Below, piece after piece: positions 12,031 through 25,808 of a stretch of DNA of 64,000 nucleotides. A program made the position numbers and the translations under genes. The DNA is from Psammoneis japonica (lineage: Eukaryota). The notes under the pieces are model-generated. The model was given only the letters and a program-made list of their open reading frames with translations, had not been told where the DNA came from and ran no database searches. The DNA lies in assembly GCA_008632985.1 (NCBI GenBank), contig QPGO01000147.1, positions 1-64,000 of the forward strand, read 5' to 3'. The stretch's first letter is position 1, and the number at the start of each line of letters is the position of its first letter.

Positions 12031-13850
12031 TCAGGCCCATACGTGTACAGAACATCTCAGGATATAGTCCATATGTTGTATCCAAAGGGTTTCCTCGAAT
12101 GCTGGAAGCAGGGCCGTACGTGTCGTTACCTTCTCTTCTTGGTCCAGGTCCACAATGCTCTGCACCTTCTCGCAGCTCATAAGCATCTCACCACCAATAA
12201 CTTTCGGAGGTCCAAGGTAGTAGCAGCAGGTCCATCCCAACTTCTTCTTCGTTATGGCCCGCCGCCGTTGCCGCCACTCCAGGCAGTCTCACTATCATCC
12301 CGAGAAGCAGTGTCACCCCCCAAAAGCGCCACCAGTAGAAGATAAGGATACAGAGCACATTTAACTTTTCTGAATATACCAGACACTCGGTACAGGGAGT
12401 GTTAACAAGAACCTCCCCTAAGACGCCTTTCGAAGAGAGAAAAGATGCCTATCGCGTCATTGTTTCGTGTATATCAAGACATGTTGTGTGCTTTCTCCAG
12501 TGACAAGCACCTTGCTGAGAAATCAGCTCCAGAACGACATTGCGCCACAAGAATAGCCTGCTTTTCTCTGCAAACTCTTGATGGCAATCTTGCGGTCCAC
12601 TCGCAACGGTGTCGTCTTGGTAGTACGCGGCACAAGATCAGAAACATTCCAACGTCTGTGCGATTCGTGTTTCTCAAGGTCCTCGAGAAAGTTCTTGTGG
12701 CGGTACAAGCGTACCCTCGCACATCCTCGTTCCTGTTTCTTGCTTTTCTGCTCGGCATCATCTTCCACCTCCTTTCCCACCAAGGTACTTCTTGACGTTT
12801 CGCAGCACCGCATCTGCAGACAAACTTGTAACCATCCCTTGCATCAAACTGGTAGTCATAAATCAGAATTCCCCAGGAGATATGTTCATACAGCATTTGA
12901 TGGCAACGTGCAAGTACCCTCCAACACTGACTCGGACCAGTTCGCAGTTTGGATCAAACGAATGATTAACCTCATTGCTCGCATCAATGTACCATCCGGT
13001 GTCAAGATACACGAGCCCCCAGCCTTTTCCCTTTCCCGCTGAGACTTGCATTTTGCAAACTTTCTCATACCCAAGCTAAGATTCCCATATTCAAGACCAA
13101 GCTTACAGTTTAAGTATGGACAGTTCTCGCCATAGGACGTGCGAGAAACACCCGTACATTCCATCATCACCATTCGCTTTAGACAATGCTCGTCACAGGA
13201 AACTCTGCAGCGACAGGCATCACCACTGAAAGGACGCAGCTTTGGTCGATTCGCCGGGTCGTAACGAAGGCTATGTACTTGACGATACGACGGTGGTTGA
13301 GAGTGGACCTGGAGGATCATGTGCTGTGTCAGCAACAAGGAAAATGAATTATGATACACCCTGTACACAAAAATAACAACGAGACTCTTACCTCTGCCTT
13401 GTAGCCACAGGGAAAACAAAAGGTCGAATCCGACGAACGCTTGNACTAACTCATCTCCACCGAGCAGGTCGTGAAACGTGTTCTCCTCAGGATTGGCATC
13501 ATCTATTCTCACTGCGGAAAAGACAAGTTTGGCCCGGCCTGTACTTACACCTAATCTCTTGCGCTCTAGCTTCTCCTTGCGTTTCTTGCCACGTTCAATC
13601 CTGCTTAGTTTCTTACCGATATTGGCTTCGACTTGTCCCTGAAATGAGGAATCTTACCCGTGGGATGCCCTAGAACTCCCACCTCATCTTGTAGTGCCAG
13701 CAAAGGACCAAATTCAAGTGGCTCTAAGTTGTTCCAAAATTCCTCCTTTTCCACACAAAACAAGGCCAAGTCGAACGCGTTGCAGACGATTTTCGCAACC
13801 GCTTGAAATTTGCGTTCGTCACCACGACGCTGGACTTGCACCATGCTGGC
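12031..13850 (-). pseudogene. SET-domain histone methyltransferase pseudogene (AWS-SET-postSET, NSD/ASH1/SET2-like)
   Basis: Fragments in different frames: CRCRVSCDEHCLKRMVMMEC (AWS-like), YIDASNEVNHSFDPNC (SET) and YDYQF...FVCRCGA (post-SET). Frameshifts and deletions; boundaries approximate. Confidence 0.75.
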
Positions 13851-14337
13851 ATACTAGACCGAATGGACAGTGGTCATGATTAATCTTTCTTTGACACAAA
13901 AGCCGCTGCTCGTGCTGGTGGGACTGATGCGTCTTTTACCATGGAATCAAATTATCGGGAGATACGTGTTCCGCATGGTTGCAGTGAACTTTCAAAGTAG
14001 AATCGCAGACAGCCGACAGCTCAGTGTCGCAGTGATTTTCTTCTTTATCGTCTTCAGCACGATAGCAGTCGAATGCTGTGGTCAAAACATTCCGTCGTTG
14101 CGTCGACGTGTCGAAGCCAAAAATCTACTTCGCGTGATTCTTGCAGTCAGTTGTTCGCAACGATGAAACGGAAAATGCCACTACTGCAAATTCTTGTAAA
14201 ATCGCAGACAGAAACAGTGGCAGCATCCAAAGAGAGCAAGTGAGTGAGCACCATTGTATGCACACAACTGATTGCTTGCTTGGTGTCGTTGTGATTTTTC
14301 AACTTGCGATTATCATCGTGAGATGCGCGAGCTAGGC

Positions 14338-14414
14338 GTCGGAGGGAGTTTCTGACGGACATACGGACCGTGTCGGAGGAGTTTCGGGCGACACACGGAC
14401 CGTGTCGGAGGGAT
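14338..14414 (+). repeat. GC-rich 32-34 bp tandem motif (gtcggagggagtttcgggcgacacacggaccgt), about 2.4 units; dispersed family
   Basis: The same motif occurs at 25610-25658 and, inverted, at 57031-57102. Confidence 0.85.
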
Positions 14415-14811
14415 TCAAGCAAGATTTTTTGCAAAAGAGGCTGCACCAAATGCAAATAGTACGAACCGATGATTCCAACAGCTCTTGTGTTTGGCCGCAC
14501 ATAGCACCTCCTCCAAGAGTAACTCCGAGCGTCCCATCACGTGCTGCTTCAACTCCCTCGATGCCGGCTGCCGTCAAGTCCGAGTGATGTGTTGCAGCCA
14601 CCAAGGCCATGTGAGTGGTCTCCGACTAGGAATCCTATCGTGGCCCTAATTGATGCACCAGTCGCCCAGCCCAATACCAACAACTGTCTCCTTTCTGCTT
14701 ATGCCGAATAAAACCTTCTTACGTCACGACTAAAGGATGGGCTTCCGCGACTGAAAATCGAGAATTTCAATCTTTTGGCGGATGCCGAGTAAATGACTTG
14801 TTCATTCCAGT

Positions 14812-16482
14812 TCATACTGTACCCATGGGATGCCACTGAGCCACGTATATGCCCTTTTGTGGACCAACCTTGAGTAAATCATGGTGCGCACCCGTCTCCA
14901 CAGTCGCTCCGTCCTTGATCACAGCGACTTTGTCTGAAAGCCGTCCTGTTACCCACTTGTGAGAAGACAAGATTATCGCAGCACCCGTTTGTTGCAGTGC
15001 AGCTAGGAATCTAGCCTCTTCTGCTTCTGACGTTGATGCTGTAACATCATCGAGAATCAATATAAACCCCAACAAATATTCGTCAACCGAATTGGGTGAT
15101 AGATATGGCTTGGTAGTCATTGTCATATTATATCGCCTGAGCTAGAACTTTGGTGAGCAGAACTTTTGACCACTCCGAAGGAGACAATGCACTAGCCGGC
15201 GGTCGCAGTGCTGATGGCTGTAGCTCATCCTCGTTTGCAGAGACGACCGTCGAGAGTTTGGAAGGAAGCCGTGGCAGCAGCGAAGTCGAAACGCCAGTAA
15301 TCTGAATAAGCACAAAACAATTGGCGCGATGCTTGAGATCTATCATGATGAAATCATCTCTCTCTGGAAACAATACAAATACTAACCTTCATAGCCAGGG
15401 TCATAGAGCTGTGTTCGCGACCTCCTAAGCTGTGAGGTTTTTGTCGAAAGGCTCTAGTATCTTTTCGAGAGTGAGCCCTGACATTCAATCAGCAAGATCA
15501 GTGAGAGTGCGGGCGTCCGTCAAAGATACTCCAAGACGCTTCTTCAACTGAGTACTGTCCCATTTTACAACGTCGGTGCCGTCGACACTTAACGAGCCTC
15601 GGACTTTTGTCGTTGATTGAGATCGCTTCGGAGGTATGATCATGCCTCCACCATAGCCGTCAACAAACGCGTCTTTCCGGCGCCATTATTTCCGAGAAAC
15701 ACAAACAGTTCTCCATTGCGGCATGAGATGTTCGCGCCGCGTACAGCCCAAGCACGTTTGGCAAAGTACAGTGCTCTGAAGCGATTGGTTTGGTTGCCGC
15801 TATGGACTGACAATCTCTTGGCGGATTCGGTGTGCGAGTTCAACGATCCCGACCCCGCCGGGGTGGATGGCGTGTTGATTACGATGAATTCGATCTTCAG
15901 GCGCGTCCGCTGTGTACAGAGGAGCTTTGAGGCTTACTGGGTTACTTGAGTGTTCTTTGGAGCACGTCCAAGAACCACTCATGACTTTATATCAGAAATC
16001 AAGACAAGCTGTTGAGGCGCGTGTGTATAATCCAGAGAAGCTTAAGATTTGATTTCCCATGTTGCGCTCATTTTGTCGGATTTACTACTCCCTGGTATTC
16101 CAAAACTGTCCCGAATACGCGTTTTACGAATAACCATGCGATTGCAGCAGCAGTTTGATCAAACACTCCATGAAACAGCACGGCGGAAAAACCCACAAAG
16201 ATCAAGGCCACATTCTGAGTCGGACTTTGTTTTTGGTGCAGTAACAAGAAACAGCAAAGGACCGCCCACGCCATTTTCGTTTGCGAAAGACCATTAAAGG
16301 TGACGGCATCTGAATTCTGATGCGAGTATCGGTACAAAATACCCTGAAGTGCATAGAGCACCGCCGGCAATCTCAAATCTCGTCACCACTAGAGACGAAG
16401 AGAATGACCAATGTTGTTGTTGCTTCAATGCCGCTGCTACGGTCTTGGTGTGTTGTTGCAATTTCAACATTGTTCTTGCCAT
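14812..16482 (-). pseudogene. ABC transporter pseudogene
   Basis: Walker A (GELFVFLGNNGAGKT), Walker B-like ILILDDVT and the H-loop region SSHK...DKVAVIKDGATVETGAHHDLL, split by stops and frameshifts. Confidence 0.75.
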
Positions 16483-18644
16483 GGTAAACTTAACAACTGC
16501 TTCGACGACCGTGACGCTTGATCATTTACTTTTGGGATACAATTCTTCTTGGAAATGCCTGGTTGAATGTTGTACTGTGGCCCTACTAGGAGCAGCATGC
16601 ACACAACCGCCATGGGTGTAACCATGGCTGATTCGAGAGAATCTGGCTGATTCGAGGCCGAAGTAGAAAAAACGGCAGTCCCCGCACCGACAAGAGCCGT
16701 AGGTGCTACAGTACTGCAAACGGCGTAGTAACGTTCGTTGGAAATAAGGCGCCTTGTAGTAGTATTCTCGGTTGTCGTTGTTGTCGCTGTTGGCATCATC
16801 AATGGTTTGTTGAAAGAGTATACGATTCTTTTCCGCCACGCGTACGGAAGCTAAGAAGGCCTTTGTATGTGGAACCATGGTTGTCGGTGTTGTAGCACTG
16901 TACGGTAGTTTGTGGAAAGGATGATGACGCGTGCACAGCGAGAAATAAACAGGTCGTTGCGTATCCTCGTTCTTGTACGTTGAATCCTCTCTCTAGAAGA
17001 TAAGTCCACGGCATCAGAAAGTCCCGCAGGATACTGCTCCGTGGTCACACCCGTTGCCTTTTCTCCACGAACATTGCCGTCCTTGCCTCCGTCGTGATTT
17101 CCTCCTCTTCCAAGTAGAACTCGGGTGGGACCTGGTGCATTTGAAATTTGAATACTATGCACTCCCCATGGGTCTTGAAGCTGTTTCGAGAGTCTCTTTT
17201 GGACTGTTTCCAGGCTTCTATACAATCTTTCTAAACAAACACAAAGAATAGAACACGTGAGTCTTGCTCAACAACAACTAACACATGCAGAGCAACAACA
17301 AGTGTATGTACCGTATAGCGCTACTCACTCTGTCGTGTTGAGATTATCTTGTGGTTCTGGTTTGAGACGAAGGTCGAAGTCTTGACCACAGTGCTGGTAA
17401 TAGTAGAAGTAATTATATGGGACATCGTCGGAATCTCGATGCCCCTCATAAAGGACGCTACAGTTTTTGCAGTCTTGAGGCCGACAACATCAGTACCGTA
17501 TCCATTGATGAAATGAAAGAGTTGACCCTAGAGAGTCGGTGAAGGTGTGTAACATTGAGAGTTCAGCGTCCGTAACGAGAGTAAAGGACAATCAAATTCG
17601 ACAACACTGAAGTGCCAGCTTGAACACTCGGACGATTCAGGAGGCGACGAGACAGCAGCCGATCAGCAACCACGAGATCTTCCAGCAGCCAAACAAAGGA
17701 AAAAAGCCTGCAGTACCTGTGGAATCCCAAGATACTATACGTGATTGCCCAAGCCTCCTCGAATGCAAGCAAGTGGTCTCCATTAGCATCAATTTTTTCA
17801 CAAGAGGAACGGGAGAGGCCGAGTTTTCCCAGCAATCCCAAGTAATCCAATGGATAAGCAACTTCTTTCTCCAACTGTACCACCAAAATCTATGAGCGGA
17901 GATGTGATCCACTATTGCATTGCACTGACGACCTGCATGACACATGCCTGGAGTCTAGCAGATATATTTCGTCACACGCGAGATGCTATAGAGAACACAA
18001 AAGGCAGCAATTCAGAATGCGAAAGTACGGTCGCCACGGGAGAAAAGCAAACACCCGAGTGACCCACGTTCCTTACCATCTCTCATCTGCGACGCACTAT
18101 CCGTCACAGAAGAAAATAAACCAAAAAAAAATTCATTACCGTCATTGAACTAAACGCACAGGGATACATGATATACGTGGGCAGCCATTCTTGCATGGGT
18201 AGTAATGGAGATTCACGAACAACCGCACAATAGAGTATCACAGCAGAGCTGTTATGGTGTGGCAGATATCTCAGCAATAAAGTGAGCACGGTAAGTACGG
18301 AAAACCACGTAGTTTCTACGTGAGTTTGATTTGTCAAAAACTCCCTCCAACGTCAGTCCTCCGTCCCTTTTCGCGCTCGTGTGCACGCCTAACGCTCAAC
18401 GCTCGCGCAGACGCGCATAGCAAGGCTTCGCCGACATGCACACGACACACGACACCGCAAAGGACGACAAACCATGAGACGTTAATGAGACCATCACACT
18501 GGGCGGTCGTCGTACACAAGTACAGTATCAGAGAGGATCATTCGACGAGGCTTGTATTTGAGTAAGACCTCTCCGGTAGTTAAAAAGCTTCGGTTGAAGT
18601 GTTGGATTTGTCAGAGAAACCCACCCACGGTTTCTACAGAAAAC

Positions 18645-19217
18645 ATGAACGCGGTTCGGGCAGTTTCATGGACCTTCTCCCGAGAGGCTGCCTCAATGCA
18701 ACCTACAAAGGCGCACTGTCATGTCCGCTCGTTACCATCATTGTTTAGGCAGGAACGCCATTCTCAAAGGCAACGTCCTGGTGGTATTCTGAATCGCTCG
18801 TTTTTCTCCACCGACGCACACGAAAAGTTGCTAACCATTCTGGAAGAATACCGGAAAGCAAAGTGAGTCCGTGTTGAGCAATTTGCTTCGTTACTACACC
18901 AGCAGTGATTAAAATTCCTAACGTTTTCTTTGTGCTATAGCTATTCTCAAACGATTCCCTCGCGCTTTGTGAAGAAGGTTCTTGCCGCCACAGATGAAGA
19001 TGGTGATGGACGAATCTCGGTAAAGGAGGTGCAGCGATTGTTGAAGAATATTGGTGCAGCCGACAGGATGTCTCAAGAGGAGTTGCAAACAATTATGATG
19101 TATCTCGCTGCTACAATGTTGAGAAACAGGAAAACATGTCTGTTCCGTTGGAGGAAGTCAGAGATTTGTTTCTCGGAAAAAAGAAGTGAAGAAGGACACA
19201 CTGACAGCGACGTATGA
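18645..19217 (+). CDS. Small EF-hand protein with a probable mitochondrial presequence; intron 18863-18940; probable frameshift near 19105
   Basis: DEDGDGRISVKE EF-hand and an Arg/Ser-rich N-terminus. The GT-AG intron is in frame. A more plausible C-terminus (…VPLEEVRDLFLGKKK*) lies in another frame ending at 19189. Confidence 0.65.
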
Positions 19218-19599
19218 AAGTCCGTTATTCTGGCCGAGAATTGAGTTAAACTTAAATCCTTTATACTTTGTAACGATGGTTTTGCTCTCTATCTATGACT
19301 GGTTAATGTGTAGCTTGGGAAACATAAGTAACCCGAGAGCTATGGCAGGTTGTCACCTCCTGCATCAATGTACTACACCTTTGCTTGGAATGTTTTGGAA
19401 CGCACACCGTGAAAACCGAAAAAAGAATTCCTTGCAAGTGCCACCGAAAAAATCAACTACCCTGCCGATCAACATCATGACGTTATTGTTTGTGCTTTTC
19501 CTTCTTCCTGTCACGCGCGCCACTCTACCAGCGCTGAATCTCACAAATTGCTGGCAACATGTGGCAATGAGTTCCGACTCAGACTTCCAAGTGGAAACG

Positions 19600-20250
19600 G
19601 GGAGAGGGGGCACAACAACCCGCAAAGAACAACATGCAGCATCTATGCAGGTTTCTGCGCTGGTGCACAATGGATGATTTTCAAGAAGCAGAAACTCTGC
19701 TGTGCCTGTGTGCATCTCATTTCTTTTGTCGCACCGCAGCTCTCTCAGAGTTCCCTGGCCAGATGGGCCTTGCAGCGCTCAACCACAATTCTGACAGTGT
19801 TCCCAGGGTTCCACCAGAGATCACTGACATCCTTGGTCTGCATTTGGTGTTCTTGTGGGTTGCATCAGGGCTTTCCTTTCACTCTGGAGCTGCGAGAGTC
19901 CCCCAGCTCTGACATGGATGAAGTGACTGGGGGGCACAACTGCGGTGCAAGATCGGCCTCACAGCACTCTGCCACAGTTCTCAAAGTGTTCCCTGGGTGC
20001 TGTCAGAGACCCTCAATGCTGTCAGCCTGCAGTTCTTGTGTTGGTTGGTCACACATCTGGGTGTCCTTGCACTCTGGAGTTGGGAAATCACAGCTCTCAC
20101 TCTGGCATGGATGAAGAGTGACTGTGTGGGGGGCACAACTGCAAACAGATGAGCCTTAAAACACTCCACTGCTGTTCTCAAGTGTTCCCCAGATTGCACC
20201 AGAGAGCTGCAGTTTCTTTGGCCTGCAGTTGTTGTTTGGTCAGTCAGAGT
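19600..20250 (+). repeat. Satellite array, about 190-200 bp unit, about 3 copies
   Basis: ttct.a.agtgttccc...cctgcagtt...cactctggag recurs near 19788, 19978 and 20175. Confidence 0.75.
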
Positions 20251-20679
20251 CAAAGCTGTGTTCTGCCTCAAGCTTCTGTGTGCAGTCTCCAATGGGGGGG
20301 TCAAAATGGCCCATTTGTCACAGCACGCAGAATCTGCATGGGTTCTAGCATTGAACTTGCTGCAAAAGACAGAGTCAGCACACATGACCTGCTCTGTGCA
20401 AGTGCCACCAAAAAACTCAAAAACCAACATCATGGTGGGCAATCGGAGCGGATTTTGGTCATTTCATGAAAAAACCAAGTGAATTTTTTACTCTCATCTC
20501 TGCCAGATTTCTGCAGTCAATCTCTGAACAGCCCGTGTGTCATTCCAGATGGGCGGAAGAGAGAAGAGTGAAGACTCTGACTTCAAAAACTGAGCAAGGC
20601 ATCAACAACCATCTTTGGTCTTTTGTCACCATGGCTCCATCTCTGAGGGCATTAAAATCTCAATGGGAAGCCAGAGAAC

Positions 20680-22210
20680 ACTTTGAGAGCAGTGGTTGAG
20701 AGTTGCAAGGCTTGCCTGCTGGTGCAGCTGTGCCAAGCAAAGCCTCCAACCTCACACAACTGCTGCTGGCCAACTCAACAACTGCAGGCTGAGGGCATTG
20801 AAGCTCTCCAGAGAAACCCTGGGAAGTTTTTGAGAATGGCAGCAGAGTGTTGCAAGGCTAATCTGGTGCAGTTGCAACCCCCCAACTGCTCAATCCATTC
20901 CAAAATGAGAGGAGAAAAATTCCCAGCACTGCTCCAGAGTAAAAAGACACCCTGCAGTGCAATCAACTGACCCAACAACTGCAGGCTGAGGGCACTGAGT
21001 CAAGGTCTCAAGAGGAACCCAGGGAACACTTGAGAATGGTGATGGAGTGTTGCAAGGCTCATCTGGCACAGTTGCAGCCACCAGGGACTCAAACCATGCC
21101 AGAGTGAGAGCTGAAACTCCTGACTCCAGAGTGAAAAGACACACACTGATGCAGCCAACCCACCCAAAAATTGCAGGCTGAGGACATTGGATTTCTCCAG
21201 CAAAGCCCAAAGAACACTTTGAGAGAATGGTGGTGGAGCATTGCAAGGCTCATCTGGAGCAGTTGCAGTCACCAGTCACTTGATCCATGCCAGAGTGAGA
21301 GCTGACAAAACTCCTGACTCCAGAGCAAAAGGACACACTCGTGCAGCCAACCAATCCAAGAACTGAGGGCTGAGGGCATCAGGGCTTGACTGCAGGCTGA
21401 GAGGATTGAAGGTCTCCCATGGAACCCAGGGAATGCTTTGAGAATGGTGGTGTGGGCATTGCAAAAGGCTCATCTGGGCACAGTTGCAGCCACCAGACAC
21501 TTGGTCCATGCCAGAGTGAGAGCTGAAACTCCTGACTTCAGAGTGAAAAGACACCCTGATGCAACCACCCAACACAATGACTTCAGCCTGAGAGCATTGA
21601 AGGTCTTCAGTGGATTCCAAGGAACACTTTGAAAATGGCGAGAGTGATTCATGGCACTGAAACTCCCAACTCCAGAGTGAAAGGACACCCTGGCACAACC
21701 AACCAGCCCAACAGCTGCAGGCTGAAGGCACTGAAGATCATGCACAGAACACTTTGAGAATGGTCGTGGAGTTTTGAAGAGCTCATCTGGTGCAGCTGCA
21801 GCCCCCAGTCCCTCAATCCATGCAAAAATGAGAGGAGAAAAAAATTCCCATTTGCTCCAGAGTGAAAGGACACCCCCTGGTGCAACAAACCAACCCACAA
21901 CAACTGCAGGCTGAAGGCATCAATGGTCTCCTGTGGAACCCAGGAGGAGGCCACACTTTGAGAATGGTGATGGTGGGTTTGTTGAAGGGCTCATCTGGTG
22001 CTGCTGCAGTCCCTGGTCACTCAATCCATGACAAAATGAGAAGAAAAAATTTCCCAACTGCTCCAGAGTGAAAGGACACCCCGATGCAACCAACCAACCC
22101 AACAGCCACAGGCTGAGGTCATTGAGTCAAAGGTCTCAAGAGGAACCCAGGGACCATTTGAGAATGGTGGTGGAGTGTTGAGAGGCTCACCTGGTGTGGC
22201 TGCAGCCACA
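20680..22210 (-). repeat. Same satellite in inverted orientation, about 8 copies
   Basis: The tgagaatgg anchor (or a variant) occurs near 20831, 21030, 21222, 21439, 21630, 21755, 21959 and 22159. Units carry ctccagagtgaaa.gacacc and ctgcaggctga. Confidence 0.85.
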
Positions 22211-25200
22211 ATGCTTTACACAGCAACGTGATGACAGATTGGTGCTGACCTCATCCAGCCCACATCAACTCCAAGATCCCAATTGGTCAATGCCCCCAGT
22301 GCTCATGCTCTTTCATGCTTGCCACCTTCTTGCCAATTTGAACAAGGGCTTCCCTGTGAGCCACAATGCAAATGTGTGCTCCATTGCGTTTGAAGCCATG
22401 ACGGCAATGATGAATTGTCCCTTGTGGGTCATCGTGACTCACCTGAAGACTGGCAGGAGTGGCTGCACTGTCAAGAAACCAGATCACCTCATTGAGTCAA
22501 TGAAGGCTGAAATCCACATCCCAACCAACAAGTTGCCAACTGCCCAAAAAAAAATCCCAAGTGCTCAGCAAAGTCAGAAACATTGAACAAACAGTTTTTG
22601 ATGGCACCACAATGGGACAGCATTGCAAATGCTCTCAGATCAAAAGGCTTGCATGCTGTGGTCAACATTTTCAGCCAAAGTGCCAATCAAGAACATGACA
22701 CACTCAAAGAAATGCACCCTCTCTGGCTCTTGCAGCTGTTGCCAATTCTGCTGACAACCCAAAACTTGGGAGGAAGCCATGAGTGGACCTGATCTCGCCG
22801 CCTGTCTCAAGGCTTGTGATGTCAAAATTGACTCCCTTGTTGATGACAAAGATGCTTGGGAGAAGTTGACTGCCAAGATTGGACAAACATCTGTCATCCA
22901 CTTGGGCCTTCAGATGCAAACAATGCCCTGATGGGTCAATTCAAAAACACAAAGCCTGATTCTGTGTCCGTGGTGACAAGAAATTGGAATGTGTTGGCCA
23001 CTTTGATGCCTTTGCTCCACTGCAGATTGGACAATGGCACAGCTGATGCTTGTGCTGTCTCAATTTTTTGAGCTCTCAACCAAACAAGTTGATTGTGTTG
23101 CTGCTTTTGTCCATGCTCCAATTGACGAGGATCCAAAAGCATGGGACAACATGATGCGTGAAGAGTGAGAGCACTCTGGACAATCGCGGGGCTTTGACTC
23201 CAGCTGACATCATGCCAAGCTCCAAGCACTGTGCCATCAAGTGTCAGGCTTTGCTTGCAGCTGAAACCAAATCAAGTCACTGTGTCCAAGATTGCAACAG
23301 ATTTTAACAAAGGGACTCATCGTGGTCAAATTGAGTCTGTTCACAAGTTGCTCTGCGGTTGGTGGCTTCTTTGTTGAAATCATGCATGACTCGCGCACGC
23401 TCATGCTTGCGCATGTGCAATTTTCTGCTTCCAGCCTTGCACCTGCAGCACTGTGTGGTGCTCTCTAGAGAGTGCAAAACAAGACATTGGTGTGCAGCTC
23501 CGTTGATTGCATTGCTGTCATTGGCCCTGCTGCTGGCAATGCATTTGCCATTCACCCTCCAGTTGATCTCTTCCAACTCTCAGACAACAGTCATTGCACC
23601 CACAAAATGACCACAAAGCATCATCATCTTTGCTGTCATCCGTGGTAAATCATGCATCATGCATCCAGAACCATGAGCACAGCATGTCACATCAAGCACT
23701 GGGAGACCGTGACATGCATTGCCAGCCCCTGTTGGACCTCTCCCCAACAAACAAGAACAGTGCAGTCTGCCAGCAAGGAAGAAGAATGCATGTGCAACAA
23801 CAAAACAAAGGCACAAGACCCTGCATGGCATGCCAACAACAATTTTGATTCACTTGATCAAGCAGCTGCAATGCACTGGGCTGAATGTGCTCAAGTGCTG
23901 CAACACAAACTGTGCCAGCAACAAGCAACAAGACACAAAGCAGCTTGTTCCCAAGTTTGTTTTGGAAAGAAAAGCATTCAAGCTGAAGTGCAAAGAGCAG
24001 TTGGCTTTTTGTTGTGGGAAACTGGCACCAGAATTACAAGAAGAAAACAAGGAATTGCAACATCAAGTGAGTGCACTGGAAGAGGTGAGTTGCTCCTTGT
24101 GTCAGCAAGCATCTGAGTTGAGCCGACTGGCACAAGTTTCAGACTCAGGAAATTGCAAGCTTTGGCAAGAAAAGAAAGAGCTGCAAATGGAAGCCAACAG
24201 ACAAGACAAGTAAACTCTTGAACATGAGTGGACAGAACAGCGCAGTGACTTGAGCAAGCTGAGCATGCACAAGCAATTGGATGATGATGCGGAACCCAAT
24301 GTGATTGGTTGGGAAACATCAGGGTGAAGCACAAGTGCTGTGAAGGAAGCAGGGGGGCCTTGTCTTTTTAAATTGCTGGGCATTTTTGAAGAGGCCATGG
24401 GTGATGAGCTTGAAAAGTCTTGGTTGGAATCCGACAGTCACATGATGTGCCATGAAACGGACGAAACATCCACTCCACTGTGCAAGGAATGTGTCGCCGT
24501 TTTGGAGGCTCTCACACAAATGTGATGAGTGCTGACAATGAAGAAGAAAGCAACAAACATGCAGATGTTGCATTGCTGGTGGGTTTGACAAAAGGAATTC
24601 AGCAAGAAGCATCACACCAGAGGAGGAAGTGTCAGTCATCAGATGGCATCCGCGACTGAACGAATCATCCACTCAAGATTTCAAATTCTGTCCTTCAATG
24701 GAAGAAGAATTTCGGCATTGCCTGACAATGTTGTGTGTGCAAGCATCCAACAAAATGCAAACCTGCAATGAGTTGCTGCACAAAGAATGAAGTGGGTTGC
24801 TGTGCAAAACATTGGATTTGTTGGAAGCCAGCACCAGGCAGTCAATGGCATGGAGACACGCGATTGTGGCGTGGCCACAAACTGACTCGACAAACTTGTT
24901 TCTTCTCATGCACTCAAATGCCGCCAACAAAAAGACACTCTCAACAAACAATGCAATTGCAGTGGACACATGTTGGCTGCCCATGTCACACAACATCATG
25001 GACAGTGAATGCCGCGTGCAGCGGCATTGGATGGCAAGAGTTTGAGCTCAGTCCTTGCATTTGGTGTGCATTGTGCATGAATCAAGTGCCGGCAAGACCT
25101 GCCATGATGCAGTGGCATTCTCCACCTGCACTGAATCATTGTTGAGACCACCTGTGTTGCTGCTCATGGCATCCAACAGTGACTCGGCCCATCCCACCCC

Positions 25201-25609
25201 AGCTTTCACAACTTCGATCCAGACTGTCATTTTGTGAACAAACCGAGTTTCACTCCCCCCCACACACATGCCACTGACTGCAACATTTAGTCCAGTCAAG
25301 CAAGCACCCTTGAAGCCCTGCAGCCATCATCCCTGCATCCATCTGCACACACATGGAGTGCGACAGGGGTGCTTTGGACACAATCAAAGATCAACTGGTT
25401 TGGCATTTCCATGGCACTGTCCATGATGTGTTGACTGCTGCTGGTCCCCATTTTTTTTAAGTGTTTTACTTGTGCGCCGAGCACAGCGGATGATCGTTTC
25501 GATTTGACTGTCAGTGCCCATTGCATCTGACTCTCTCCAGTTTCTCATGTTTTTAATGAAGCATTTTATTGTGGCGTCCTGCATGCTCAACGCAAGAGCG
25601 CTGCTTGCC

Positions 25610-25658
25610 TGTCGGAGGGAGTTTCGGGAGACATACGGACAGTGTCGGAGGGAGTTTC
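25610..25658 (+). repeat. 33-bp GC-rich motif, about 1.5 units
   Basis: gtcggagggagtttcgggagacatacggacagtgtcggagggagtttc. Confidence 0.85.
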
Positions 25659-25808
25659 CATTATCGGGCGAACGGCAAAAAAAAACACGCCACACCATGG
25701 CGTAAATCTTCAAGGAAGAAACTGCTTGATTTACCGTAAGTGCCAAGAAAATATGTTTTTAGATCACTCGCTCCTATCTCGGGTTGCAATAAGCCAGAAA
25801 AAGACGGC

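Larger units (their letters stand above)
19390..25600. other. Hypermutated domain D2
   Basis: Same TpA/CpG loss as D1. Surviving TA is mostly TTAA/CTAG (e.g. ctctagag near 23463). Edges are transitional. Confidence 0.88.

Noticed and set aside
14338..14414. 33-bp repeats as a CRISPR array
   Set aside because: The units are contiguous with no unique spacers, there are fewer than three copies, no cas genes are present, and the context is eukaryotic.
16464..18150. Short ORFs including an EF-hand-like KIDANGDHLLAFEE
   Set aside because: Fragmentary, with no consistent gene model. Possibly further pseudogene debris.
20680..22210. Regular repeats as a CRISPR-like or coding repeat array
   Set aside because: The whole unit is homologous between copies with frequent indels, which fits a diverged satellite.
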